DNA from: Armatimonadota bacterium
GTDB lineage: Bacteria; Armatimonadota; SYMT01
Direction: 5' to 3'
Length of the DNA: 18,714 nucleotides
Assembly: GCA_046292385.1 (NCBI GenBank)
Contig: JBKBRF010000077.1
Span: 1-18,714 of the forward strand
Of the stretch, positions 1 through 7,661 are shown piece by piece. Made by a program: the position numbers and the translations under genes. The notes beneath the pieces are model-generated. The model did no database searches. It saw nothing but the letters and a program-made list of their open reading frames with translations, and was not told where the DNA came from. Numbering within the stretch: the first letter of the stretch is position 1; the number at the start of each line of letters is the position of its first letter.

Positions 1-108
1 CGAGTTGTATCGGCTCGCGGGGGTAGCGATCCCCCGCGCCGGGTAACCAGCACGCGCGGCGGGCGCTCCTCATCCCGCCCGCACGTCTCCGATGCTTTGC
101 GAAATATG

Positions 109-161
109 AGCGTACGGGGGCCGGGCTTCGCCTTTTGGGGCCTTGACTTTAGTCCGAGGCG
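109..161 (+). repeat. REP-like palindromic element, degenerate left copy
   Basis: 140-161 GCCTTGACTTTAGTCCGAGGCG matches the reverse complement of 4450-4471 at 21/22. 122-131 CGGGCTTCGC matches the reverse complement of 4480-4489 exactly, with the same 8-nt spacing. Confidence 0.75.
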
Positions 162-205
162 CGCTTCTGGAAGCACTTCCCGCCCACCCCTCGGTGCCGC
201 CCGCG

Positions 206-258
206 ACAGGGTTCGCGCTACCAGGTTCTCGCTTGCAACGAAAACCTGGTACCCCTGT
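206..258. repeat. Imperfect inverted repeat upstream of the first ankyrin gene
   Basis: ACAGGG..TACCAGGTT(219-227)..AACCTGGTA(243-251)..CCCTGT. Confidence 0.55.
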
Positions 259-323
259 TCATTCAAAGGATCATCGCCGCGGTGGCGGAGTGGGGAGCGG
301 CGAGAGCCGCGAGGGTCGTACGA

Positions 324-1874
324 ATGTCCAGCAGCAGCGATACGGCGCGCCCGTCGCCTCCGGAGCCGGAACCCTGGGCGAGCCTCTATGCGGCGCTGAG
401 TGAAGGGGATCCCGATAAGGTCCGCGCTCTGATCGAGGAGGGCGCGGACATCCACTACACGCGGCCGCACGGCTACGACGCCTTCCTGGACGCGGTCCAC
501 GGTCGAGACGTCTCCCGGGACGGACGCCTGCTGGAGCTGCTGGCCCTGCTGGTGGAGCACCGGGTCGATCCCTCCGGGGTCAGCACCTATGGAGAGTCGG
601 CTCTCAACGTCCTCTCCGGGCTGGGACGGTTCGATGGAGTCCGGCTGCTTCTGGACACGGGGGCCGAGAGGAGCCTCCTCGGGTGGACGCCGCTCATGGA
701 AGCGGTGGCCCTGGGATCGATCGCCGACGTGCAGGCGGCCCTGGTTCAGGGTGCTGATCTCGAAGCGCGGGATTACTGGTCGCGAACCCCCTGGCTGATC
801 GCGCTCCTGACGGGCGACATCGCCAGGGCGAGTCTGCTTCGGGACCGGGGTGCCGATCCCGACGCGCGGGGTCACTGTGGTAGCCCGCCGCTGTTCTATG
901 CGATCCGGGGGCACCATCCGGAGATGCTGCGCTGGCTGCTCCAGCACCAGGCTGACCTGCACGCCACGGACGAGCTCGGCGCGACGCCGCTGATGGAGGC
1001 GGTAGAGGGGGACGACCTCGCGTGTGTCGAGATTCTCCTCGACGCGGGAGCGAGTGTCCGGGCCTCCACCGGCGGTACGGCTCTGACGCAAGCGGGATCG
1101 CGCGAGATGATCCTGCGCCTGCTGGACGCCGGCGCCGACCCGGCGTCCCTGTCTTATGAAGGTCAGCGGACGGTGCTCGGCCTCCCGGAGATCGATGACG
1201 AGGCACTCGCCGCCCTCTCGCGACGCGACGCTCGGCAGGCACTCGCCCCCGCGTTTGGTCGGGCTAATCCCGAGCGAATGAACGTTCCTTTCAGGGAGGC
1301 AATGATTCGCTGCGGAGCCACGGCTTACGCCGCGCGCCTGCGGTTTGAGGAGGCGTTAGGATCGATCGACAAACCGGTCTGGTGCGCGCGGCGCTTTGGT
1401 CAGTCCTTGACCCTGCTCCCCGATGGTCGCGCCATCCAGATCGGCGGTGAGCACGAGGACCACTACGATCCCGACTTCTGCATCTACAATGACGTCTTCG
1501 TTCACGGGCCGGATGGATCGGTGACGATTTACGGCTATCCGTCGTCCGTGTTCCCGCCCACCGATTTCCATACGGCCACCTTGCTCGGCGGCTGCATCTA
1601 CGTGATCGGCTGCCTGGGCTACCCGGAGCAGCGTCAGCCGGGCACGACACCGGTCTTTCGATTGGACCTCAACACCCTGCGGATCGACCGCATCGACACG
1701 CGCGGCGAGGCTCCCGGTTGGATCTACGGCCATCGGGCGGTCGCAATCAGCCCGCACGAGATCCGGGTCGAGGGCGGCGAGGTCCTCGTTCGCCGCGCCG
1801 GCGGGAAGTCCTGGGGACCGAGCTCCGGCGCCTTCGTGCTCGACGTGGAGCGTCGCCTCTGGCGACGTGCTTGA
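324..1874 (+). CDS. Ankyrin-repeat protein with C-terminal kelch/beta-propeller-like domain
   Basis: Multiple ankyrin motifs (GWTPLMEAV, GSPPLFYAI, GATPLMEAV, LLDAGAD). C-terminal part has kelch-like segments (GQSLTLLPDGRAIQIGG, FHTATLLGGCIYVIG). ATG 324 preceded by GAGGG is preferred over GTG 282. Confidence 0.9.
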   Translation: MSSSSDTARPSPPEPEPWASLYAALSEGDPDKVRALIEEGADIHYTRPHGYDAFLDAVHGRDVSRDGRLLELLALLVEHRVDPSGVSTYGESALNVLSGLGRFDGVRLLLDTGAERSLLGWTPLMEAVALGSIADVQAALVQGADLEARDYWSRTPWLIALLTGDIARASLLRDRGADPDARGHCGSPPLFYAIRGHHPEMLRWLLQHQADLHATDELGATPLMEAVEGDDLACVEILLDAGASVRASTGGTALTQAGSREMILRLLDAGADPASLSYEGQRTVLGLPEIDDEALAALSRRDARQALAPAFGRANPERMNVPFREAMIRCGATAYAARLRFEEALGSIDKPVWCARRFGQSLTLLPDGRAIQIGGEHEDHYDPDFCIYNDVFVHGPDGSVTIYGYPSSVFPPTDFHTATLLGGCIYVIGCLGYPEQRQPGTTPVFRLDLNTLRIDRIDTRGEAPGWIYGHRAVAISPHEIRVEGGEVLVRRAGGKSWGPSSGAFVLDVERRLWRRA

Positions 1875-1904
1875 GCGGCGTATCGCCGCGAAGTGCTCCA
1901 GCGA

Positions 1905-2163
1905 GAACCACCCTCGCCCCGGAGCCGCACTGGCGCCTCAAGGTCTACTACTGGCCGCCGAACCAGAATGGCGATTACGAGCGTCTCTATATGATAGCCA
2001 GAGCGGCTCCGGCTGCGAGGGTCTCCGTGCCCGTGAATACCTGGAGACGCAGGCAATTCCGGAACTGCTTACCTGGATCGAGGAGGTGCTCGTCCTCGGT
2101 CCACATTCCACGGATCGGGAGCGCTCTCCGAGCTTCAGCCGAGAGTCACCGCCCATCGAATGA
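1905..2163 (+). pseudogene. Probable 5'-truncated, frameshifted hypothetical gene relic
   Basis: Protein-like segment HWRLKVYYWPPNQNGDYERLYMIARA in one frame continues as RAREYLETQAIPELLTWIEEVLVLGP in another frame near 2020-2030. No clear start codon or RBS; the left boundary is approximate. Confidence 0.45.
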
Positions 2164-2258
2164 GCCCGGAGGGTTGGGCTTGAACTGGCGATAGCGGCGC
2201 GCGCCGATGGCAATGGCTCGCAGGCGCGCAGCGCCGACCTCAGGCACAGGTGGGCAGG

Positions 2259-2909
2259 ATGGCTGGCACGGAACACAGGACCAGAGGGCTCTCGGCGCTT
2301 CGGTGGGGCCTGCTGGCGGTGGGCCTCTTACTTCTGGCGTATGCCGCTTACCTGTTTCAGAGCCCACAGGCAGTCATGCTCGTTCCGGAGCTAAGACCGC
2401 TGAGTGTCCCGTTAGCGCTCGATCCCGGCGCGACGACAACCGCCGATTTCACCGCCGAGTACGAGACGACCTATGAATTGGCCGTGGAGTACGCGCGCGG
2501 CAGCCCGTTCGAGGGTAACCCGTTCGACGATGAAGGAATACGTAATTCGGTGCAGCTTGACTGGTCCGTCGAGAGCGGCGGAGAGAGAGTCGGAGAGCCC
2601 GATTCATCGCGGTTCTGGGGAGAAACGATCGGCTTCACATTGGGCCGCTTCGAAGCGGCGCCGGGGCAGAAGCTCACGGTGAGAGCCATCACCAGAAGGG
2701 CGCGTCCGGAGCTTCAGCCGTTCGAGCCGAGGCTGTCCATCTTCATCGCGGCCGAAGAGCAGAAGGATCTCTACTGGCGGCTCGGGCGACCCGGTAGGAC
2801 GGTGAGAACCAACGCCTTCCTGCTCGCCGTCGTAGGTATCGCCAGCACCCTGACGGCAGTCCGGTTGATCCTCGGTGCACGTCGGCGGAGTAGTGTGCCT
2901 GCGCGGTAG
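2259..2909 (+). CDS. Hypothetical membrane protein with N- and C-terminal TM helices around a soluble domain
   Basis: Hydrophobic stretches WGLLAVGLLLLAYAAYLF and AFLLAVVGIASTLTAVRLIL. ATG at 2259. Confidence 0.75.
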   Translation: MAGTEHRTRGLSALRWGLLAVGLLLLAYAAYLFQSPQAVMLVPELRPLSVPLALDPGATTTADFTAEYETTYELAVEYARGSPFEGNPFDDEGIRNSVQLDWSVESGGERVGEPDSSRFWGETIGFTLGRFEAAPGQKLTVRAITRRARPELQPFEPRLSIFIAAEEQKDLYWRLGRPGRTVRTNAFLLAVVGIASTLTAVRLILGARRRSSVPAR

Positions 2910-2984
2910 CTGTTACACGGGTGGGGAGCCTCCCGTAGTAGGGGAGTCGAACTGTCCCGCACGTGGGGAATCATGGGGTGCTCC

Positions 2985-3884
2985 ATGGATGCAGAGCTGA
3001 AAGCCCACGCCCTCCTGGAGGCAGTGAGCGCCGGCAATACGACAGAGGTGACGGCGCTGCTCGCGCACGGTGCCGATCCGAAGAGCTCTCCTGCCGGTAC
3101 CCACCACTCCCCACTTTACGTGGCCGCCGAGCGAGGCGACGTGGAGGTCCTGAAGCTTCTTCTCGGGGCCGGAGCACAGCCGTCCCACGACGAGCTTGCG
3201 GTCGCCGCAGGCGCGGGTCACTGGAACGCAGTGAAGTTCCTGCTCGCACAGGGAATTGGGGCCGATCCGGCCTTGGATTATTTGGGAGCGGCTCTCGCCC
3301 GGGCGATCGGGGGCCTCAACCCGTTGGTGCGGCTGCTGCTGGAGCGCGGGGCGAACCCCAACCATCGCGAGCCCTGGGGGCTGGCCGCGCTTCACATCCT
3401 GGTCAGGTGGGGGCCGGCAAATGTGCAGCTCGTAGAGCTACTGCTCCAGCACGGCGCGGATCCCAACGCCCGGAATGACGAGGGAGAGACCCCGCTGATG
3501 TGGGCGGCTCGGCGTGGCCCCAACGATCTGGTGAAAGCCCTGCTGGACGGCGGGGCCGATCCCAACCTCCTCAACGAGCAGGGCAGCATCGAAATGGTGA
3601 TCGCCTCGACCGCGCTCACCGAGGCGGTGATGCACGGGCAGACCGTCTGCGCGATCGTGCTGATGACGGCAGGGGCCGATCCGAACCTCCCGAACACGGG
3701 CGGGGAGACGCCGCTGATGCTGGCGGTCGACTACGCTCCCCAACTGGTACCGGACCTGCTCCGGTGGGGCGCGGATCCAAGCATCCGGGATCGCTCGGGG
3801 CTTACGGCCGCCGCGCGTGCCGCCCGTCAGCACCTGCGTCTCCAGGAGATCCTCGCTGAGGCGGCGCCAACGTCTGAAGTTTAG
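2985..3884 (+). CDS. Ankyrin-repeat protein
   Basis: Repeated ankyrin motifs (HSPLYVAAERG, GETPLMWAARRG, GETPLMLAV, GADPN). Start is 2985 or 2973. Confidence 0.92.
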   Translation: MDAELKAHALLEAVSAGNTTEVTALLAHGADPKSSPAGTHHSPLYVAAERGDVEVLKLLLGAGAQPSHDELAVAAGAGHWNAVKFLLAQGIGADPALDYLGAALARAIGGLNPLVRLLLERGANPNHREPWGLAALHILVRWGPANVQLVELLLQHGADPNARNDEGETPLMWAARRGPNDLVKALLDGGADPNLLNEQGSIEMVIASTALTEAVMHGQTVCAIVLMTAGADPNLPNTGGETPLMLAVDYAPQLVPDLLRWGADPSIRDRSGLTAAARAARQHLRLQEILAEAAPTSEV

Positions 3885-4049
3885 CGCTCTCCAGCCGTGC
3901 TTTGAGTGGCCGCTCTGGCGAGGCTTCGCGGCGGTCCCTCGGCACAATCCTTCCCGCAGCTGCCCCAATCAAGCGATCATTACGGCCAGTACGAGATGAC
4001 TTGGACAGCGAGTATCTATCCGGAGGCGGGGAATGGGAACATCCCTTAA

Positions 4050-4421
4050 GTGAGGCCGCCGCATCAGAGGTATCAGGAGAATGCCCGAGAAGCCAAAGAA
4101 GTCCCGATCATTGCCGAAACCGAGGCGCACGACAGGTACGGTTTCACCCCACTACTTATAGCCGCCAGGCGGTGCGACTCAGGTATCGTCAGCCTTCTGA
4201 TCGAAAAGGGAGGGAACCTCGGTCGACGAAACATCACTGGAAAGACAGCACTCGTGATCGCAGCAGAGATCGGATGTTCTAACGTGGTGAAACTGTTGCT
4301 AGCCAATGGAGCCGATCCCGAGATCCGAGACGGATCCGGTGTCAGCGCGGTGAGACTGGCGAAAGCAGCGGGACACTCCGAGGTAGTGAAACTCCTGAAT
4401 GCCGCTGGTGCTATCGGCTAA
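4050..4421 (+). CDS. Short ankyrin-repeat protein, probably the 3' part of a decayed gene
   Basis: About three ankyrin repeats (GFTPLLIAARR, GKTALVIAAEIG, GVSAVRLAKAAGH). The GTG start directly follows an in-frame TAA, and an ankyrin-like HPLSEAAAS lies upstream in another frame. Confidence 0.65.
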   Translation: MRPPHQRYQENAREAKEVPIIAETEAHDRYGFTPLLIAARRCDSGIVSLLIEKGGNLGRRNITGKTALVIAAEIGCSNVVKLLLANGADPEIRDGSGVSAVRLAKAAGHSEVVKLLNAAGAIG

Positions 4422-4449
4422 GGGGTCCGCTGGAGTGATGGGCCGCTTT

Positions 4450-4501
4450 CGCCTCGGACTAAAGTCGAGGCTATACGGAGCGAAGCCCGCCTGCGCGGGC
4501 T
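4450..4501 (-). repeat. REP-like double-hairpin element, better-preserved right copy
   Basis: Hairpins GCCTCGGACTAAAGTCGAGGC and AGCCCGCCTGCGCGGGCT. Inverted homologue of 109-161. Confidence 0.75.
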
Positions 4502-4677
4502 CAGAACTCCACCGGAAAACGTGTCCGTGACTTCCCGCAACCCCTGAGCTTACCGCATGCAGCGGTACATCGCGTCGGTCGAAGCACGTACTTCCGCCCG
4601 CGATCCACGACTTCACGCTGCTCCGGGCACAAGCTCAGAACGCCGCCGCTGCGAGCCCGGGGGATAAAGGGTGCCGG

Positions 4678-5142
4678 CTACCTCTGCTGGGCCTCTTTCG
4701 GTGCTTCCACGTCGCCGGCTTGGAATATCGCGCGATACCTGGCTTGCAGTAGTGGAAGCACCTGGGTGAAGTTGAAGATGAGGTCTTCCAGGGAGTTAAC
4801 GGGCCGGCTAAAGCGGACCTCCCAAACACCCCATCGGTTTGGCTCCGGAGGACAGACCTCCATGATCTCCTCCGGGCACTCGGTCCACCAAACCAGTCCT
4901 GCACGCGTGCCGTCCGGCGCCTGCACGAAACCATCGCCGGAGTCGCAACCCGCAGGGTAGTTTTCCGGGTCAATGAACTCCGTAATCGCGCCGTAGCACC
5001 AGCCATCGATGCACGTCTCCGGGATCAGCGGAAAGCCGTGGTAGGGGGCGGCGCCGGGCGGCGGAGCCAGAAAGGCCGGCAGCGACTCGTCACTCGTCGC
5101 GGCTTCCTGATCGAACTTCAGTGGATGCCCTGGTAGGTTCAT
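4678..5142 (-). CDS. Conserved-looking hypothetical protein
   Basis: Globular composition with motifs LPAFLAPPPGAAPYHGFP and GDGFVQAPDGTRAGLVW. ATG at 5142 (GTG 5151 is an alternative). Function not recognised. Confidence 0.8.
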   Translation of the reverse strand: MNLPGHPLKFDQEAATSDESLPAFLAPPPGAAPYHGFPLIPETCIDGWCYGAITEFIDPENYPAGCDSGDGFVQAPDGTRAGLVWWTECPEEIMEVCPPEPNRWGVWEVRFSRPVNSLEDLIFNFTQVLPLLQARYRAIFQAGDVEAPKEAQQR

Positions 5143-5189
5143 GGCGCACACTCGTGGGATTTGTAATCTGCTCGCGCCCGGACCCTCGT

Positions 5190-5218
5190 GTTAGCAGCAG
5201 GTTAGCAAAACGTTAGCA
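5190..5218 (+). repeat. Three direct GTTAGCA repeats with 11-bp period, candidate tyrosine-integrase arm-type sites
   Basis: GTTAGCA at 5190, 5201 and 5212, about 70-100 bp beyond the tRNA 3' end. Confidence 0.6.
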
Positions 5219-5225
5219 TCGACCG

Positions 5226-5269
5226 AAAAAGGCCCCGCGCAGCGGCTTGAAATCGCTGTGTGGGGCCTT
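5226..5269 (-). terminator. Intrinsic terminator-like hairpin downstream of tRNA-Ser
   Basis: AAGGCCCCGCGCAGCG / CGCTGTGTGGGGCCTT inverted repeat, followed by T5 on the minus strand. Confidence 0.65.
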
Positions 5270-5289
5270 ACGATTAGGCACGATTTTTA

Positions 5290-5376
5290 CGGAGAGGGCG
5301 GGATTCGAACCCGCGGTGAGCTTGCACCCACACCTGTTTTCGAGACAGGCTCCTTCAACCACTCGGACACCTCTCC
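5290..5376 (-). tRNA. tRNA-Ser(CGA), CCA end not encoded
   Basis: Reverse complement is GGAGAGGTGTCCGAGTGGTTGAAGGAG CCTGT-CTCGAAA-ACAGG, then a long variable arm and GCGGGTTCGAATCCCGC CCTCTCC G. Anticodon CGA at 5340-5342, discriminator G. Confidence 0.97.
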
Positions 5377-5387
5377 TGGGACGGTGG

Positions 5388-5417
5388 ATACTACCATCTC
5401 CCTCCGCCGCCTGTCAA
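5388..5417 (-). promoter_or_regulatory. sigma70-type promoter of tRNA-Ser
   Basis: Minus strand TTGACA-18 nt-TAGTAT with a TG extension, 11 nt upstream of the tRNA. Confidence 0.75.
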
Positions 5418-5449
5418 TTCCGCGCGGCGCCCGCCTGGTCCCCGGGCGG

Positions 5450-6415
5450 TTAGCCGCGGCCAGGGGGTGGGGCGGCGGCGCGGCGGCCGACATCCGGGTG
5501 ATTGGTAATCACGCCGTCCACGCCCAGCTCCCAGAGGAACCGGCGCATCTCCGCCTCTTCCGCGTTGAAGGTCCAGACCCACACCTTCAGCCCGTGGCGG
5601 TGGGCGTTCTTCACCAGGGCGTTATCATTCAGCGGGCGGCCGCCGGCGTCGACCACCGCGCGCCGGTTGGGGGCAAAGCCGACGGCGTAGGTCGCGATCT
5701 CCTTCAGCGCCTCGTCGGAGACCGGCACGCCGGAGAGCTGGATCAGCGGCAGCTCCGTCTTCAGCTCGAAGCGCAGCTTCTTCTGGCTCGGCGCTTCGAA
5801 CGACTGGATGATCGCCCTGGAGGCGGCACCGGTGTAGCCGTAGCGCGCCAGCAGCGCCAGCAGCGTCTTTTCCAGCGGCTTTCCGTGCTTTTCGTGAAAA
5901 CTGGTCGGCGCCTTCGTCTCCACCAGCAGGCCGCACTCCCCGCCGGTGGTGCGGTTCAGGTGCTGGACGAGCTGGATCAGCTCCTCCAGCGTGGGGACGC
6001 GGAAGAACGGCAGCCGGTCCCGCTCCGCGGCGGGCACGCGGCCGAAGACGCGCAGCGTGCGGATCTCCTCCAGCGTGAAGTCGAGGGCGTACCAATGGCC
6101 GTCTTCGCGCTTCCGATCGGGAAAGCGGGCCGCGGCGTCGGTCGTCGTCTCCAGGTAGAGGTCGTGGAGGCAGACCAGCACGCCGTCCTTCGTGAGGACC
6201 ACGTCCGGCTCGATGTAGTCGGCGCCCTGCGCGTGGGCCGCCGCGTAGGCGGAGAGCGTGTGCTCCGGCAGGTAGCCGCTGGCGCCGCGGTGGGCGATCA
6301 CCGTTTTTCGCGCCGGTTCCTGCGCAGCGGCGGGGGGCTGCGGCAGCGCCGCCGCGGAGAGGAGCGTCGCGATGCCGGCTAAGGAGAGCAGAAGGGAAGT
6401 GGAGCGTGACTTCAT
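5450..6415 (-). CDS. glpQ: Secreted glycerophosphodiester phosphodiesterase (GDPD family)
   Basis: Motifs IAHRGASG, PEHT, IEPDV, LHD, ETK, IIQSF, GVDGVITN. N-terminal signal peptide. Confidence 0.93.
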   Translation of the reverse strand: MKSRSTSLLLSLAGIATLLSAAALPQPPAAAQEPARKTVIAHRGASGYLPEHTLSAYAAAHAQGADYIEPDVVLTKDGVLVCLHDLYLETTTDAAARFPDRKREDGHWYALDFTLEEIRTLRVFGRVPAAERDRLPFFRVPTLEELIQLVQHLNRTTGGECGLLVETKAPTSFHEKHGKPLEKTLLALLARYGYTGAASRAIIQSFEAPSQKKLRFELKTELPLIQLSGVPVSDEALKEIATYAVGFAPNRRAVVDAGGRPLNDNALVKNAHRHGLKVWVWTFNAEEAEMRRFLWELGVDGVITNHPDVGRRAAAPPPGRG

Positions 6416-6527
6416 GGCTTATGGTCGTTGCGGCCGGAAGGCAGGTAGACCGGCTGCGTCCACCTAAGGATATCCGCCGCGGCTTAGGCGGCCCTTAACA
6501 GATCTGAGGTCGCCAGCGGGTGCGCGG

Positions 6528-6556
6528 TTGACACGCCATCCGGGCCACGGTACGAT
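6528..6556 (+). promoter_or_regulatory. sigma70-type promoter for the PPIase operon
   Basis: TTGACA(6528-6533)-17 nt-TACGAT(6551-6556). RBS GAGGAG before ATG 6601. Confidence 0.75.
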
Positions 6557-6600
6557 TCGGCGGCGGCCCGCCAGCCTCGTTCGGGCCGTGAGGAGCCCCC

Positions 6601-7656
6601 ATGCCGTCCCGCTTCCGCACCGTCTCCACCCTTACCGCCGCCGTCACCCTCGCCTTGGCGGTGGCACCGCTCTCCGCCGCGCCGGCCGCTAAGGCCCCTG
6701 CGAAGAAGCCCGCAGCCAAACCGGCACCAAAGCCGGCCGCGCCGAAAAGCCCGGCGGGCGTCGGGCCGGATCTCCCCTCCGCCCTCAAGCCGCACGCCCC
6801 GGCCTTCTCCGTCAACGGAGAGGTGATCGCGGTCTCCACCTACGTCGACCGCCTCAGTCTCACCTTCGGGCCGGACCTGCGGGAGATGCTGGTGGAGGAG
6901 GCGCTGATCCGGCAGGAGGCGAAGAAGCGGAAGATCACGGCGACCGCGCAAGAGATCCAGGCGACGGCGGACCGCCGCTACCGCGAGACGCTGCGCCCGC
7001 CGCTGGAGACCGAGGAGAAGCTGGCGGAGGAGCTGAAGCGGAAGCGCGGCTGGACCCTGGCGGATTACAAGAAGGTGCTGCGCGACCAGGCTCCCGTCGC
7101 CGTGCTGCGGGAGAAGCTCGCAGCGTCGCTGGTGAAGCCGTCCGACGTGACGGCGGAGATGGTTCAGGAGTACTACACGCAGAACCAGGCCCGGTTCACC
7201 ATTCCGGATACGGTGCGGATCTCCCATATCCTGATCCGCCGCGACCGGAAAGAGGGCGAGGCCGCCGCGCGGGAAACCGCGGAGAAGCTGCTGACCCAGC
7301 TTCAGGTCGACGGCGACTTCGCGGAGCTGGCCAAGAAGCATTCGGACGACAAGCTCACCGCGGCCGGCGGGGGCACGGTGCCGCTGGAGTTGACTCGCAG
7401 CACCCATCCGTTCGGCGAGGCGTTCGAGGCCGCGGTCTTCAATGCAGAGAAGGGCCTGGTGGGGGAGGTGGTCCCCTCGTCGCTCGGCTTCCACGTGGTG
7501 AAAGTCGACGAGCGGAAGCCGGGCCGCGCGCTGCCGCTGGAGGAAGTGCGGGAGCATATCCATCGCGAGCTCCTGGCCGGCACGCGCAATCAGAAGCTCC
7601 AGGAGTTGATGATCCGCCTCCGCAATCAGGCGAAGATCGAGACCGGTAAGTTTTGA
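6601..7656 (+). CDS. Exported parvulin-type peptidyl-prolyl isomerase (PrsA/SurA-like foldase)
   Basis: Signal peptide, SurA-N-like helical region, rotamase motifs ISHILI, DFAELAKKHSDD, FEAAVF, GFHVVKV. Confidence 0.92.
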   Translation: MPSRFRTVSTLTAAVTLALAVAPLSAAPAAKAPAKKPAAKPAPKPAAPKSPAGVGPDLPSALKPHAPAFSVNGEVIAVSTYVDRLSLTFGPDLREMLVEEALIRQEAKKRKITATAQEIQATADRRYRETLRPPLETEEKLAEELKRKRGWTLADYKKVLRDQAPVAVLREKLAASLVKPSDVTAEMVQEYYTQNQARFTIPDTVRISHILIRRDRKEGEAAARETAEKLLTQLQVDGDFAELAKKHSDDKLTAAGGGTVPLELTRSTHPFGEAFEAAVFNAEKGLVGEVVPSSLGFHVVKVDERKPGRALPLEEVREHIHRELLAGTRNQKLQELMIRLRNQAKIETGKF

Positions 7657-7661
7657 CGTCG

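Noticed and set aside
109..4501. Integron cassette array as an explanation for the co-oriented genes
   Set aside because: I found no RYYYAAC..GTTRRRY attC structures after the stop codons and no integrase. The 206-258 hairpin has GTT before AAC.
5258..6382. 374-aa plus-strand ORF
   Set aside because: Antisense to glpQ and overlaps the tRNA.
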